From Methanotrichaceae archaeon (GTDB taxonomy: Archaea > Halobacteriota > Methanosarcinia > Methanotrichales > Methanotrichaceae): a stretch of 64,000 bases of DNA. The position numbers and the translations under genes are program-made. The stretch spans positions 1-64,000 of the forward strand of contig CAVVKN010000005.1 in the NCBI GenBank assembly GCA_963748825.1. The letters run 5' to 3'. Under the pieces are notes generated by a model. The model searched no databases. It was not told where the DNA came from and saw only the letters and a program-made list of their open reading frames with translations. Positions within the stretch are counted from its first letter, which is position 1; the number at the start of each line of letters is the position of its first letter. Shown here piece after piece: positions 53,929-64,000 of the stretch.

Positions 53929-54926
53929 CTTCTTACCTCCCGACGGCTCTCCACCGTTAGATTTACTCGATTTATGGCCGCAGGACAGGCTAGAATGCAG
54001 CGTCCACAGCCCACGCAGCCAGGAAGACCTATGATCTGCTCTATGTCCTCGAACTTGTCCTGGTACCAGTGATGCAGGCGCTGCCCTGGCGTGCGCCGGG
54101 GATTGGCTCCACCCGTCAGGCGGGAAAATCCGGATAAAAGGCAGGAATCCCGGCATCGCAGCCTCTCTCCGTCCGGAACGCCTAAGTCGAAGATGTTGAA
54201 GCAGTGGCAGACGGGGCAGACGAAGGTGCATCCCCCACAGCCCAAGCACTCTCGGCCCAGCGCCTCCCAGTCCGCTCTTTCCATGGCCGCCCTGATTTGA
54301 GCGCAAGATCGGTCCTGCGGCATGGACTCTCTTGCCTCCTGCAGGAGCCTGGCCTTCTCTTGAAGATGCGCCGATCCCGCAGGCTGCAGGAGATCTGCAC
54401 CGGCATTAAGAATCAGAATGCCTGCTGGTGTCTCGGCCTCGCATAAAAATCCATCCCCGATATCGGTGAGCTGAATATCGCAGGGATCTCTTGCCTGCGG
54501 CCCTGCCCCAAACGCGGCGCAGAAGCACTCACTCCCAGGAGCGATGCAGTTTTGCACGACCAAGGCTGTGGCCCTTCGGCGGCGAAAGTAAGCCTGGTCA
54601 AGGGGCTTTTGGCCAAAGATCTTATCCAGTACAGCTATGGCGTGCAGATCGCAGGGCCGGATGCCAAACAGCAGCCGGGGAGGGATCTCCTCCTCTTCAA
54701 AGGTGTAACGCCCCGCTTCCTGGATGTAGCGAAAGAGCACCTCTTTATGGGGGAGCAGGAACTCTGTCGGCGGAGAGAGGGTTTTCGTCTTTAAATCAAG
54801 GGTTTGGCCCTGCCAGGTGGCAAAGACCGGCCCTGCTTCTGTTGCCACCGGTGCGATGACCTCAATTTGCCGGCTGAGAGCTTCCAGGAGGGGAATAAGC
54901 CTATCTCTCGGGAGGAAGGCCTTCAT
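53925..54926 (-). CDS. 4Fe-4S subunit (AsrA/sulfhydrogenase beta-like)
   Basis: GIRPCD, CLGCGGCTFVCPVCHCF and CVGCGRCILACP motifs. Confidence 0.92.
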   Translation of the reverse strand: MKAFLPRDRLIPLLEALSRQIEVIAPVATEAGPVFATWQGQTLDLKTKTLSPPTEFLLPHKEVLFRYIQEAGRYTFEEEEIPPRLLFGIRPCDLHAIAVLDKIFGQKPLDQAYFRRRRATALVVQNCIAPGSECFCAAFGAGPQARDPCDIQLTDIGDGFLCEAETPAGILILNAGADLLQPAGSAHLQEKARLLQEARESMPQDRSCAQIRAAMERADWEALGRECLGCGGCTFVCPVCHCFNIFDLGVPDGERLRCRDSCLLSGFSRLTGGANPRRTPGQRLHHWYQDKFEDIEQIIGLPGCVGCGRCILACPAAINRVNLTVESRREVRR

Positions 54927-56956
54927 GATATCACCTTCTGCAGACGTGCTGCTGAGACCTTCAGCTCCGCAATCTTGGAAACGGGATCAAGAGACTGGGC
55001 GGTTAGAGCATTGGCCGGTGCCTCGGAGAAGTGAATGGGCAGGAACAGATCTCCTTTGGGAAGGCCCTTCACCAGCCGCGCCTCCACGGTAACGCTGCCT
55101 CGCCGGGTCTCCACTCTGACCTTCATGCCTTCCCTAATACCCATGAGCCTTGCATCCTCGGGATTGATCTCTACAAAGGGAGCGGGAACCTCTCTATCCA
55201 GAAGAGAAGTCCTGCGAGTCATGGTCCCGGTATGAAAGTGGTAGAGGCTGCGTCCGGTGGTGAGCGTCAAGGGATAATCAGCATCAGGAGTCTCGGGAGG
55301 CTCGATGTACAGGACGGGGCGGAGACGAGCCCGGCCCTGCGAAAAGCCATCGACATGTAAAATGCTCGTTCCCGGATGATCTTTCGATGGGCACGGCCAT
55401 TGCAGCCCCTCAGGCCCGAGGCGCTCATAGCTAATCCCTCCGTAACTGGGGGTAAGCGATGCAATCTCTCTCATGATGTCACCAGGCGAAGAATAATCGG
55501 CTTTCAACCCTAGCCTTCGTGTCAGGTCAGAGATCCACTCCCACTCCGCTCTCGCATCACCCGGAGGGGCTACAGCCTGCCGGACGCGCTGCACCCGCCT
55601 CTCGGTTGAGGTGAATGTCCCGTCCTTCTCGGCAAAGCAGGCCGCAGGAAGGATCACATCAGCAAGAGCGGTGGTGTCAGTTGGGAAGATATCGCATACC
55701 AGCAGGAACTCCAACTCCTTCAGAGCTTTGAGGACGCGGGAGGAATGGGGGTAGCTTTGGACGGGATTCTCGCCAACGATTATCAGGCCTTTGAGACTTC
55801 CTGCTTCTGCGGCCCAGAGCATCTCTAGAGCAGTGAGCCCCGGTTCCTCGGGAAGCGAGGCGCTCCAGGCTTCCTCAAATTTGGCACGGGCCTTGAGACT
55901 GGATACGGGGTTGTATCCGGAGAATACCGTTGGAAGAGCACCCATATCACATGCCCCCTGGACATTCTGGTGACCGCGCAGAGGATAGATGCCCGTCCCC
56001 TCCCGGCCTACATTTCCCGTGACCAGAGCGAGGTTGGCCAGGGCCTGGACAATATCTGTGCCTTGAGCATGCTGGGTAACCCCCATGGCATAGACGATTG
56101 CCGCACGCTCCGCTCCTCCAAAGATCGATGCCGCTTTGGAAATATCGGTCGCTGGAATTCCCGAGATCTCCTCTGCCTTGCTGGTGGTGTAGGCCCCCGC
56201 GGCCTGCAGCGTCTCTTCAGAGCCAACGGTGCGCTCTTCGATGAATTGCCAATCGATCATGTCCTGCTGCACAATGATATTCAGGAGAAAATTGATCCAG
56301 ACTACATCTGTTCCCGGCCGGGGGGAGAGCCAGAGATCAGCCAGCTCCGCCAGGTGCGTTTTTCGTGGATCGGCAACAATGAGCTTTGCCCCTCTGGCCC
56401 GGGCCCGGAGGATGTAGGAGGCCACCAAGGGGTGCTGCTCGGTAGTGTTGGACCCGACAACCAGAATGGCATCGGAATTCTCCAGGCTGGAGATGGAACC
56501 TGTCATAGCGCCGCTTCCCAGAGCAAATCCCAGGCCGGCAACGGTTGGAGCGTGGCAGAGCCTGGCCACGTGGTCCACGTTGTTCGTCCCCAGCGCGCCG
56601 CGCCCCAGTTTCATGAGCAGGTAATTCTCCTCATTGGTTCCCTTGGCAGAGGTAAGAACGCCCAGAGCCTGCGGACCGTACTCCTTTTGGATGCTTCGCA
56701 GGCTTGCCGCCGTCAGATCGAGGGCTTCATCCCAGGTGGCTTTGATCATTTGATCCCCCTGCCGGATCAGGGGATGGCTCAGCCTCTCCGGATGGCCCAC
56801 GAAATCCCCAGCCAGCCAGCCCTTGATGCACAAACTGCCCCTGGACATAGGATGGGCGGGCGAAGGTGAGGCGCCCACGATCCGGCCGCCATCCACATGC
56901 AGGAATAGCCCGCAACCGCAGCCGCAATAAACACAGGTTGTATGAACTTTCTCCAT
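54923..56956 (-). CDS. fdhA: formate dehydrogenase alpha subunit (Cys-type, Mo/W-bisPGD)
   Basis: CVYCGCGC...C, ARLCHAPT, LRGHQNVQGACDMG and EKDGTFTSTERRVQ motifs. Confidence 0.95.
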   Translation of the reverse strand: MEKVHTTCVYCGCGCGLFLHVDGGRIVGASPSPAHPMSRGSLCIKGWLAGDFVGHPERLSHPLIRQGDQMIKATWDEALDLTAASLRSIQKEYGPQALGVLTSAKGTNEENYLLMKLGRGALGTNNVDHVARLCHAPTVAGLGFALGSGAMTGSISSLENSDAILVVGSNTTEQHPLVASYILRARARGAKLIVADPRKTHLAELADLWLSPRPGTDVVWINFLLNIIVQQDMIDWQFIEERTVGSEETLQAAGAYTTSKAEEISGIPATDISKAASIFGGAERAAIVYAMGVTQHAQGTDIVQALANLALVTGNVGREGTGIYPLRGHQNVQGACDMGALPTVFSGYNPVSSLKARAKFEEAWSASLPEEPGLTALEMLWAAEAGSLKGLIIVGENPVQSYPHSSRVLKALKELEFLLVCDIFPTDTTALADVILPAACFAEKDGTFTSTERRVQRVRQAVAPPGDARAEWEWISDLTRRLGLKADYSSPGDIMREIASLTPSYGGISYERLGPEGLQWPCPSKDHPGTSILHVDGFSQGRARLRPVLYIEPPETPDADYPLTLTTGRSLYHFHTGTMTRRTSLLDREVPAPFVEINPEDARLMGIREGMKVRVETRRGSVTVEARLVKGLPKGDLFLPIHFSEAPANALTAQSLDPVSKIAELKVSAARLQKVIS

Positions 56957-57221
56957 GATTTTTCAGGTTAGAACTGCATGGCAGGATATAACAACGTTTT
57001 GGCACTTTGGCTCTCCTCGGAAGAGAACCTATATCCTTCAGCCCTTCCACTAATTCGTGAACAGGACGGGGCTCATGTTCAAAGAATGAAAAAACACTAT
57101 GTGGCTCAGTTTTTTCATAAGAATGTGAGATCGGTGGTGGCCTCGGTATATCCGGCCAATCTGTTTGCACGGTGAAAGCCCTCAAAAGAAGAACCAGGGA
57201 CGATGACATGGAGATGCTACC

Positions 57222-57710
57222 TTAATCTGTCATTATCTCCCCGAAGGTTTGGGAGATCCACTCCCTTATCTCGTCTCTGACCTGCCGGAAGGCCTCAAGC
57301 TGTTCCTCCTCTGACCCCGAAGCAGCTGCTGGGTCGGCAAAGCTTTTGTGAATGACCTCTTTTGCTCGGGGAGACTTGCTGGGAAGCTGCAGCTGTGTGC
57401 TACAGATGGGGCAGGCCTGTTTCGCCCGGTCGCAGACTGTGACCGCCAGGTTAAATACGGTATCCTGAAATTCGTGGGACGATTTGGAGCGCTGAGCGGA
57501 GATGTCAATGCCGATTTCCAACATGGCCAGCACAGCACGAGGGTCGACTGAGGTGGCCATGACGCCGGCGCTGTAGGCCTCGTATCGATCACCGTGCATG
57601 GCCCTCAAGAGGCCCTCTGCCATCTGGGAGCGAGCGGAGTTGTGAGTGCAGAGAAAGAGAACCTTCTTTTTTTCCAGATCTCCTGGGGTTGATGTCATCT
57701 TATGTCTCAA
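57222..57710 (-). CDS. arsC: arsenate reductase / LMW-PTP family
   Basis: FLCTHNSARSQMAE, TVCD...CP, F.DP and FRQVRDEI motifs. Confidence 0.9.
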   Translation of the reverse strand: MRHKMTSTPGDLEKKKVLFLCTHNSARSQMAEGLLRAMHGDRYEAYSAGVMATSVDPRAVLAMLEIGIDISAQRSKSSHEFQDTVFNLAVTVCDRAKQACPICSTQLQLPSKSPRAKEVIHKSFADPAAASGSEEEQLEAFRQVRDEIREWISQTFGEIMTD

Positions 57711-57799
57711 TGCTCATCTAATGCTCATCATAATAGATCAGCATTTTGATTGGTCAAGGAGCCTTGAGAATTCCAATGGCAATTTTTCTGACAACCCAG

Positions 57800-57995
57800 A
57801 CGGCTTTCATTTCTGTCCTTGCCAACATGGATCATCTGGGCAGGACTGCTTTCTGCCGCCTTATCCGCGCATTCCTCCATATCTTCGAAAGCCACGCAGT
57901 CATTCAGCTTCCCTGCGATCCGAAACTTCGCAGCTACTTGACTCCGTCCGTCCTCTGCATTCGCTACAAAGAAATCAGGGCAGGCTCCCACATCT
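57800..57995 (-). pseudogene. 5'-truncated duplicate of the ferredoxin at 59194
   Basis: ACPDFFV.NAEDG.SQVAAKFRIAGKLN shared; first Cys cluster missing; last Cys changed to Ser. Confidence 0.8.
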
Positions 57996-58142
57996 CTTGC
58001 TTACGATCTCCAATTACAGGCCGGCTGCTTGGGGCTCAACCAAACATTCGGGGACGGATGAAGGTGCTCTTTCTCTTTTGAAAATTTATTTATAATAAGA
58101 AGCTAACAATTAACTATTCTATTTAAGGAAAGGTGAAAATGT

Positions 58143-59081
58143 ATGAATGGAAAATATTGGAAGTTTTCTTATGCAGTGGTGTTTTTATTGACAATATTAG
58201 CAGTTGCATCTGATTTGCCTTCTGATCCATATGCGACTTCTAATCCCTGGAAGGTTAATGTTACACTTGAGAGTCAAATCTATCTGCCGACCCCACGACC
58301 CATACCTGACGTTTTCTTCGAGCTCAATAATAGTACGCCTGACATGGTATATCGAGCAGAGCTTGGACAGACAAAAGATGAAATGAACCTGGAAAAAGAA
58401 GCCTATGCTACGACCAACGCAACGCCGCGCGATACATACAAAATAACGCAAAATCCACTCGGGCCTTTTCCCAAAGGGGAAGATCTTGGTTTCACGTTGG
58501 GTCAGTGGATAGCAGCGAATGGCAAGGGAACTTATGTAGAAGAGAATGGAAATGCTGCACTGAACCTGACACTGCATAACTTAGTGCCTAATGGAACCTA
58601 CACCCTCTGGTGCAATCGAGTTACGATGCCTCCGAATTATCGAGAGGAGCTTACGCCGATCGGTGCTTCCGACGGCTCAGAGAATGCATTTATGGCAGAT
58701 TCCGGGGGAAATAGCACATTTAATTTGAGGTTCAAAGCGTTGCCTGCCAGCACTAATTTAACATGGAAAGATTATGTAGCCATGTACGTCACCAAGCAGG
58801 TTCCTATCAAAACTAACATAACCTGGACGCTGATCGCATTGGTATATCATAGCGACGACAAGACTCATCGCGCGACGCCTGGTGATTGGGGCAAGACCGC
58901 TCATTGTCAGCTTGTTCACCTGATGTACTCAAAGCCACTCCAGACATTCGAAGAGTGGAAAAATGCCACGAACGTAACTGCTACCGCTCAAACTGAGGAA
59001 AAGCAGCCTGGCTTTGAAGTTATATTTGCGTTAGCCGGTCTGGTTGCCTCGGCCTGTATTTTGATGAACAGAAGACGCTAA
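58143..59081 (+). CDS. PGF-CTERM surface protein
   Basis: Signal peptide; C-terminal QPGF, TM helix and RRR. Confidence 0.88.
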   Translation: MNGKYWKFSYAVVFLLTILAVASDLPSDPYATSNPWKVNVTLESQIYLPTPRPIPDVFFELNNSTPDMVYRAELGQTKDEMNLEKEAYATTNATPRDTYKITQNPLGPFPKGEDLGFTLGQWIAANGKGTYVEENGNAALNLTLHNLVPNGTYTLWCNRVTMPPNYREELTPIGASDGSENAFMADSGGNSTFNLRFKALPASTNLTWKDYVAMYVTKQVPIKTNITWTLIALVYHSDDKTHRATPGDWGKTAHCQLVHLMYSKPLQTFEEWKNATNVTATAQTEEKQPGFEVIFALAGLVASACILMNRRR

Positions 59082-59193
59082 GGGCTAACAATTGTCCATG
59101 CGTAGGGACAGTGGCCGGATACTGGGTCTGGAGGTCTGCAAAGGATCAGGATTCCGGCTGTTCCTGGACAAGCATCCGAATATCGAGCGAAAT

Positions 59194-59445
59194 CTAAACA
59201 GGATCAAAGCCCTGTGCAGGCGGACCAACATGGATCACCTGGGCGGGACAGTCTTCTGCCGCCTTTTTCACACATTCCTCCAGATCTTCGAAAGCCACGC
59301 CCTCATTCAGCTTACCTGCAATCCGAAACTTCGCAGCTACCTGACTCAATCCGTCCTCTGCATTCTCAACAAAGAAATCAGGGCAGGCCTCCCAGCACTG
59401 GCCGCAGCTTATGCAGCCCTCTCGATCTATTATTACGTTGATCAT
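59194..59445 (-). CDS. ferredoxin
   Basis: CISCGQC...CP and AAEDCPAQVI motifs. Confidence 0.92.
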   Translation of the reverse strand: MINVIIDREGCISCGQCWEACPDFFVENAEDGLSQVAAKFRIAGKLNEGVAFEDLEECVKKAAEDCPAQVIHVGPPAQGFDPV

Positions 59446-59530
59446 AAAATCATCCTGTCATCAGTGAGTATTGAATTATTTTATCGTTTACTTTAATGCT
59501 TCTGTTGATATTGCAGGAGAAGTTACATTG

Positions 59531-59845
59531 ATATCCCCTGCACACCTTTTGATGACGATGACCCAGGACGAGCAGGAACACAAAGAGATCCTGCATGAAA
59601 TCGAGGCACTCGGCATCATGCACGAGAAGATCACGCAGTCTTCAGAATGCCGGGAGTTCAACCGTCGCATTGCCTTGTTGCTGCAGAGGCTGGAAGACTC
59701 AGGATTCTCCCGGCTGGCTGACAGAGCCATGGATCTCCTGGCCTCCTGCAATCCCAAGGACCTCTCCCAATGCGACAGTGTGCAGCGAGCCAGGGATATC
59801 CTGGAGAGGCTAAGAGTGCTGGCCAGGGATAGCTTTGGCAAATGA
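59531..59845 (+). CDS. hypothetical helical protein
   Basis: Open frame with GC-rich third positions; start uncertain. Confidence 0.6.
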   Translation: MSPAHLLMTMTQDEQEHKEILHEIEALGIMHEKITQSSECREFNRRIALLLQRLEDSGFSRLADRAMDLLASCNPKDLSQCDSVQRARDILERLRVLARDSFGK

Positions 59846-59986
59846 TTGATTTGCCAGTCGGACGAGAGCCGGGGTTTGGCCGGACCCCGACTGGGGATGC
59901 TCGTCGGCAGGTGGCAAGGGCGCAGGCGTCCCGGTCGAACGAGTGGATCTGTGGCTTTATTTGATCGAATGGCCATAAGATGCATA

Positions 59987-60178
59987 ATGAAGATCGGGGT
60001 GGATTATGTCGCCGAGCTTTATGAAAGCGGCGATTTAATCATACGAGAGGCAGCAGAGATTTTGCAGCTCAACTTCCGCCAGACAATGGATATTCTAGAG
60101 AAAAGGGTTGGCGGAAATGTGGAACCTGAGCAAGAGGCCAGGGCATTGAATATCGCTAAAAGGTTGGCAGAGAGATAG
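59987..60178 (+). CDS. UPF0175-like small protein or fragment
   Basis: LYESGDL.IREAAEIL.L pattern. Confidence 0.5.
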   Translation: MKIGVDYVAELYESGDLIIREAAEILQLNFRQTMDILEKRVGGNVEPEQEARALNIAKRLAER

Positions 60179-60228
60179 TAATTGCGATAAGGATATATGC
60201 AGAAAAGACAGATTATTAGCGAGGATTT

Positions 60229-61290
60229 ATGATCAAAGAGACTAAACGGATAAGATTGCACATAGAGACAAAAAATAACAATCATAAGCCTGTCTCAGCC
60301 GTTATAGTCGCAGAGAAGTTCCAAAAAATTCAAAATATAATTTGCTACATAGTTGATGATCTAGAAGGAAACGCACCGCGCAGACGTGGAGATTTTCCGA
60401 ATAGCGTCAAAGAGAGATGCGAGCTGGTGCTCACGGGCATGAGCATGGGAAGCCTTGACGCAGAATTGAGCATATCTGATTCGCAAATAGTTCTTCCAGG
60501 GGAAGAAACCCATGGAGAGAAGGCAATCGCTATCGGCAATGAAATTGTACAGGCAATCTCAGAAGAAGGTGACATATTCACCGTGGTTTCAAGATATATA
60601 AAAAATGAAGAGCGATCATATCGAATCATTAGAGAATTTGAATCAATTTGGCCGGATGGCGAATCGAGATATAATATTCATTTGAACTTCGGCAAGAATC
60701 CGGTGATATTCCTAGACCCCGCCCGAAAGAATGCCCTCCGGGCTATACTTTCCAGGCCGCCTGAAAATACGGAGAAATCCGTGATGGGGCGATTGATGGA
60801 GGTCAGAGTCGACCAAAAGCGAAGCTTTCAGATCGATACGATGGAAGGATTAGTGACCTGCTTATATGCCCATGCACTGGAAGAAAAAATTGTTGAGAAT
60901 ATAGGCCGATTGGTTCTCGTTCGAGGCATCATGGCATTAGAACGGGGAAAATATACATTAAGCCTAAAAGATGAGAAATCCCTGGAAGGCATAGATTGGC
61001 TACCGTTATCTGATGTGAAGATTGGGGGAAAATCAATAAAGCTAAAAGAGCCTATTTATCTCGAGGTATCATATGAAGATGATAATTATATTATATCAAA
61101 TGATAGATTCCATTTAAGAGCTGAAGACCCCAGTTTGAAAGCTGCAATCGCTGAGATCAACGAGGAAATTGAGATCCTATGGGAAGACTATGTTGAAGCC
61201 GGCCTTGATGAATTGAGCCAAGATGCACTGGATCTTCGAAGAGAGCTGATCTCGGCGTTGGGCGGAGAATCTGCTGATGCCCAAGCGTAA
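60229..61290 (+). CDS. hypothetical protein with HicB-like C-terminal domain
   Basis: Long ORF; C-terminus PIYLEVSYEDDNYIISNDRFHLRAEDPSLKAAIAEINEEIEILWEDY. Confidence 0.75.
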   Translation: MIKETKRIRLHIETKNNNHKPVSAVIVAEKFQKIQNIICYIVDDLEGNAPRRRGDFPNSVKERCELVLTGMSMGSLDAELSISDSQIVLPGEETHGEKAIAIGNEIVQAISEEGDIFTVVSRYIKNEERSYRIIREFESIWPDGESRYNIHLNFGKNPVIFLDPARKNALRAILSRPPENTEKSVMGRLMEVRVDQKRSFQIDTMEGLVTCLYAHALEEKIVENIGRLVLVRGIMALERGKYTLSLKDEKSLEGIDWLPLSDVKIGGKSIKLKEPIYLEVSYEDDNYIISNDRFHLRAEDPSLKAAIAEINEEIEILWEDYVEAGLDELSQDALDLRRELISALGGESADAQA

Positions 61291-61432
61291 AACACGCCGG
61301 ATTGTATCATCCTTAACCAAGAAAGGATTCATCCCCAAGAAAGGTCGATCGAAGCATACAAAATATACTCTATTTGTGGAAGGAAAAAAGACCAGCGTAT
61401 TCACCTGGATTCATGTGGACACATTTATATAA
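61277..61432 (+). pseudogene. truncated HicA-like toxin
   Basis: MPKRKTRRIVSSLTKKGF...GRSKHTKYTLFVEGKKTSVFTWI; overlaps the upstream stop; ends prematurely. Confidence 0.6.
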
Positions 61433-61460
61433 CAAGGTTATTGCGTTATAGGCACCAAGA

Positions 61461-61920
61461 TTACCACATCTTGTACCCCAGGTACCTCACCGCATAGATC
61501 AGCCCGATCACTATCACCACCACCCCGAAGATCTTGGTGACGTACTTGCCGGCAGAAATGTACTTCTCGCCTATATCTGCCCGCCCACTGCCCGGGAAAA
61601 CGTCGCTATGGGAATCACAGGCACGCCGTGGCCGACGCCGAAGACGAAGAGCATCAGGCCTCCTGCCAGGGGCGTCACATTCTGGGAAAGAGAAAGACCA
61701 GAGAGACGGCACAGGGGGCCCGGCCCAGGGCAAAGAAGGCGCCCAAAGCAAAAGCGCCGATGAATGCCGAGTGCTGGAATAGGGCCATGGAGATGTTGAC
61801 CAGCCGCTCCATGATTCCTCGTCTCTCTGGGGCAGATTCTCCTGGAAGTGCCCCGAAAAGGCGAATTTCGTTATCGAAGACATGAACAAGAGCACTGCAG
61901 AGGTATTCAGCAGACTTCAT
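61461..61920 (-). pseudogene. CcdA/DsbD-like membrane protein relic
   Basis: GAFALGAFFALGRAPC and KYVTKIFGVVVIVIGLIY in different frames. Confidence 0.55.
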
Positions 61921-62176
61921 CTCGAAAAATACATTCCCGCCCGAATTAATTTTTTGCTATCCCCTACAAAAACCATAGCGCAGCGGTTTATTCTTTCAGG
62001 ATCTTATAAACTCCGGTCTTACCATCTCCAAAGCTTCCTCGATGGTCTTTCCAAAGGTGACACATCCGGAAGTGATGGGACCCCTATCGTGTATACCCCA
62101 TCTTCAGGTTCCCATCGAAGCCGCACATGATATCGTAACATCTTCATTGAAACTCTACGGTAAATCGAGCCTCATC

Positions 62177-62440
62177 TCACGTCTTCATTGCCCGGCTCTC
62201 GTCGATCACGATGTAGTCCTTGATGGCTACCACGGAGCTGAAGGGTATGAGCACAAACCTTCCGTCTTCCCTGTACTTCATGCGGTTCAGCTCCTTGTCC
62301 GGCTTGACCTTCAGATCCACCATCTTTCCGGTCTGCACCTCAAAGATCACATCTTCCAGCTCGCCTAACACCATGCCGTCGATGTTTACGATCTCTTTTC
62401 CTGCAATGCTTCCCGAGAACACCTTTCCCATTCCCCTCAC
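62177..62440 (-). CDS. PRC-barrel protein
   Basis: GKEIVNIDG..LG...D..FE..TG and IPFSSV.AIKDYIVI motifs. Confidence 0.9.
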   Translation of the reverse strand: MRGMGKVFSGSIAGKEIVNIDGMVLGELEDVIFEVQTGKMVDLKVKPDKELNRMKYREDGRFVLIPFSSVVAIKDYIVIDESRAMKT

Positions 62441-62468
62441 CTAAAATCCCTTTCAATTGATAAATGCA

Positions 62469-64000
<1,532 letters not shown>

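Overview
Archaeal chromosomal window, very probably from a Methanotrichaceae (Methanothrix/Methanosaeta-like) methanogen, judged from the 16S sequence and from cofC/cofE, fmdE, MC1 and gatD. It holds a complete rRNA operon (16S, tRNA-Ala, 23S, 5S), tRNA-Pro(GGG), tRNA-Leu(CAA) and core genes (scpB, iscS, cofC, cofE, aIF-2beta, rpl10e, gatD, rdgB-like, rnp4, cdc48). These are interspersed with AT-rich accessory stretches full of IS elements and gene relics (two IS110, IS481, ISL3, IS701, IS200/IS605 tnpB relics, an IS630 relic, palindromic MITE-like repeats). The strongest signal is the pair of divergent IS110 elements. Each carries a conserved ~145-nt structured non-coding segment upstream of its recombinase, and the variable loop segments match that element's own insertion-site flanks and donor end around a shared AAAC core. 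This is an archaeal bridge-RNA-type programmable recombination system whose guide-target covariation can be read directly from the sequence. Other candidates are several TATA-preceded hairpin sRNAs with C-rich loops, a tRNA-like element before the 5S rRNA, an ATPase-TPR-CMD operon, an FdhA-AsrA/B-like cluster and a tnpB end abutting a TBP fragment. All assignments come from motif recognition by eye; no database searches or folding programs were run.
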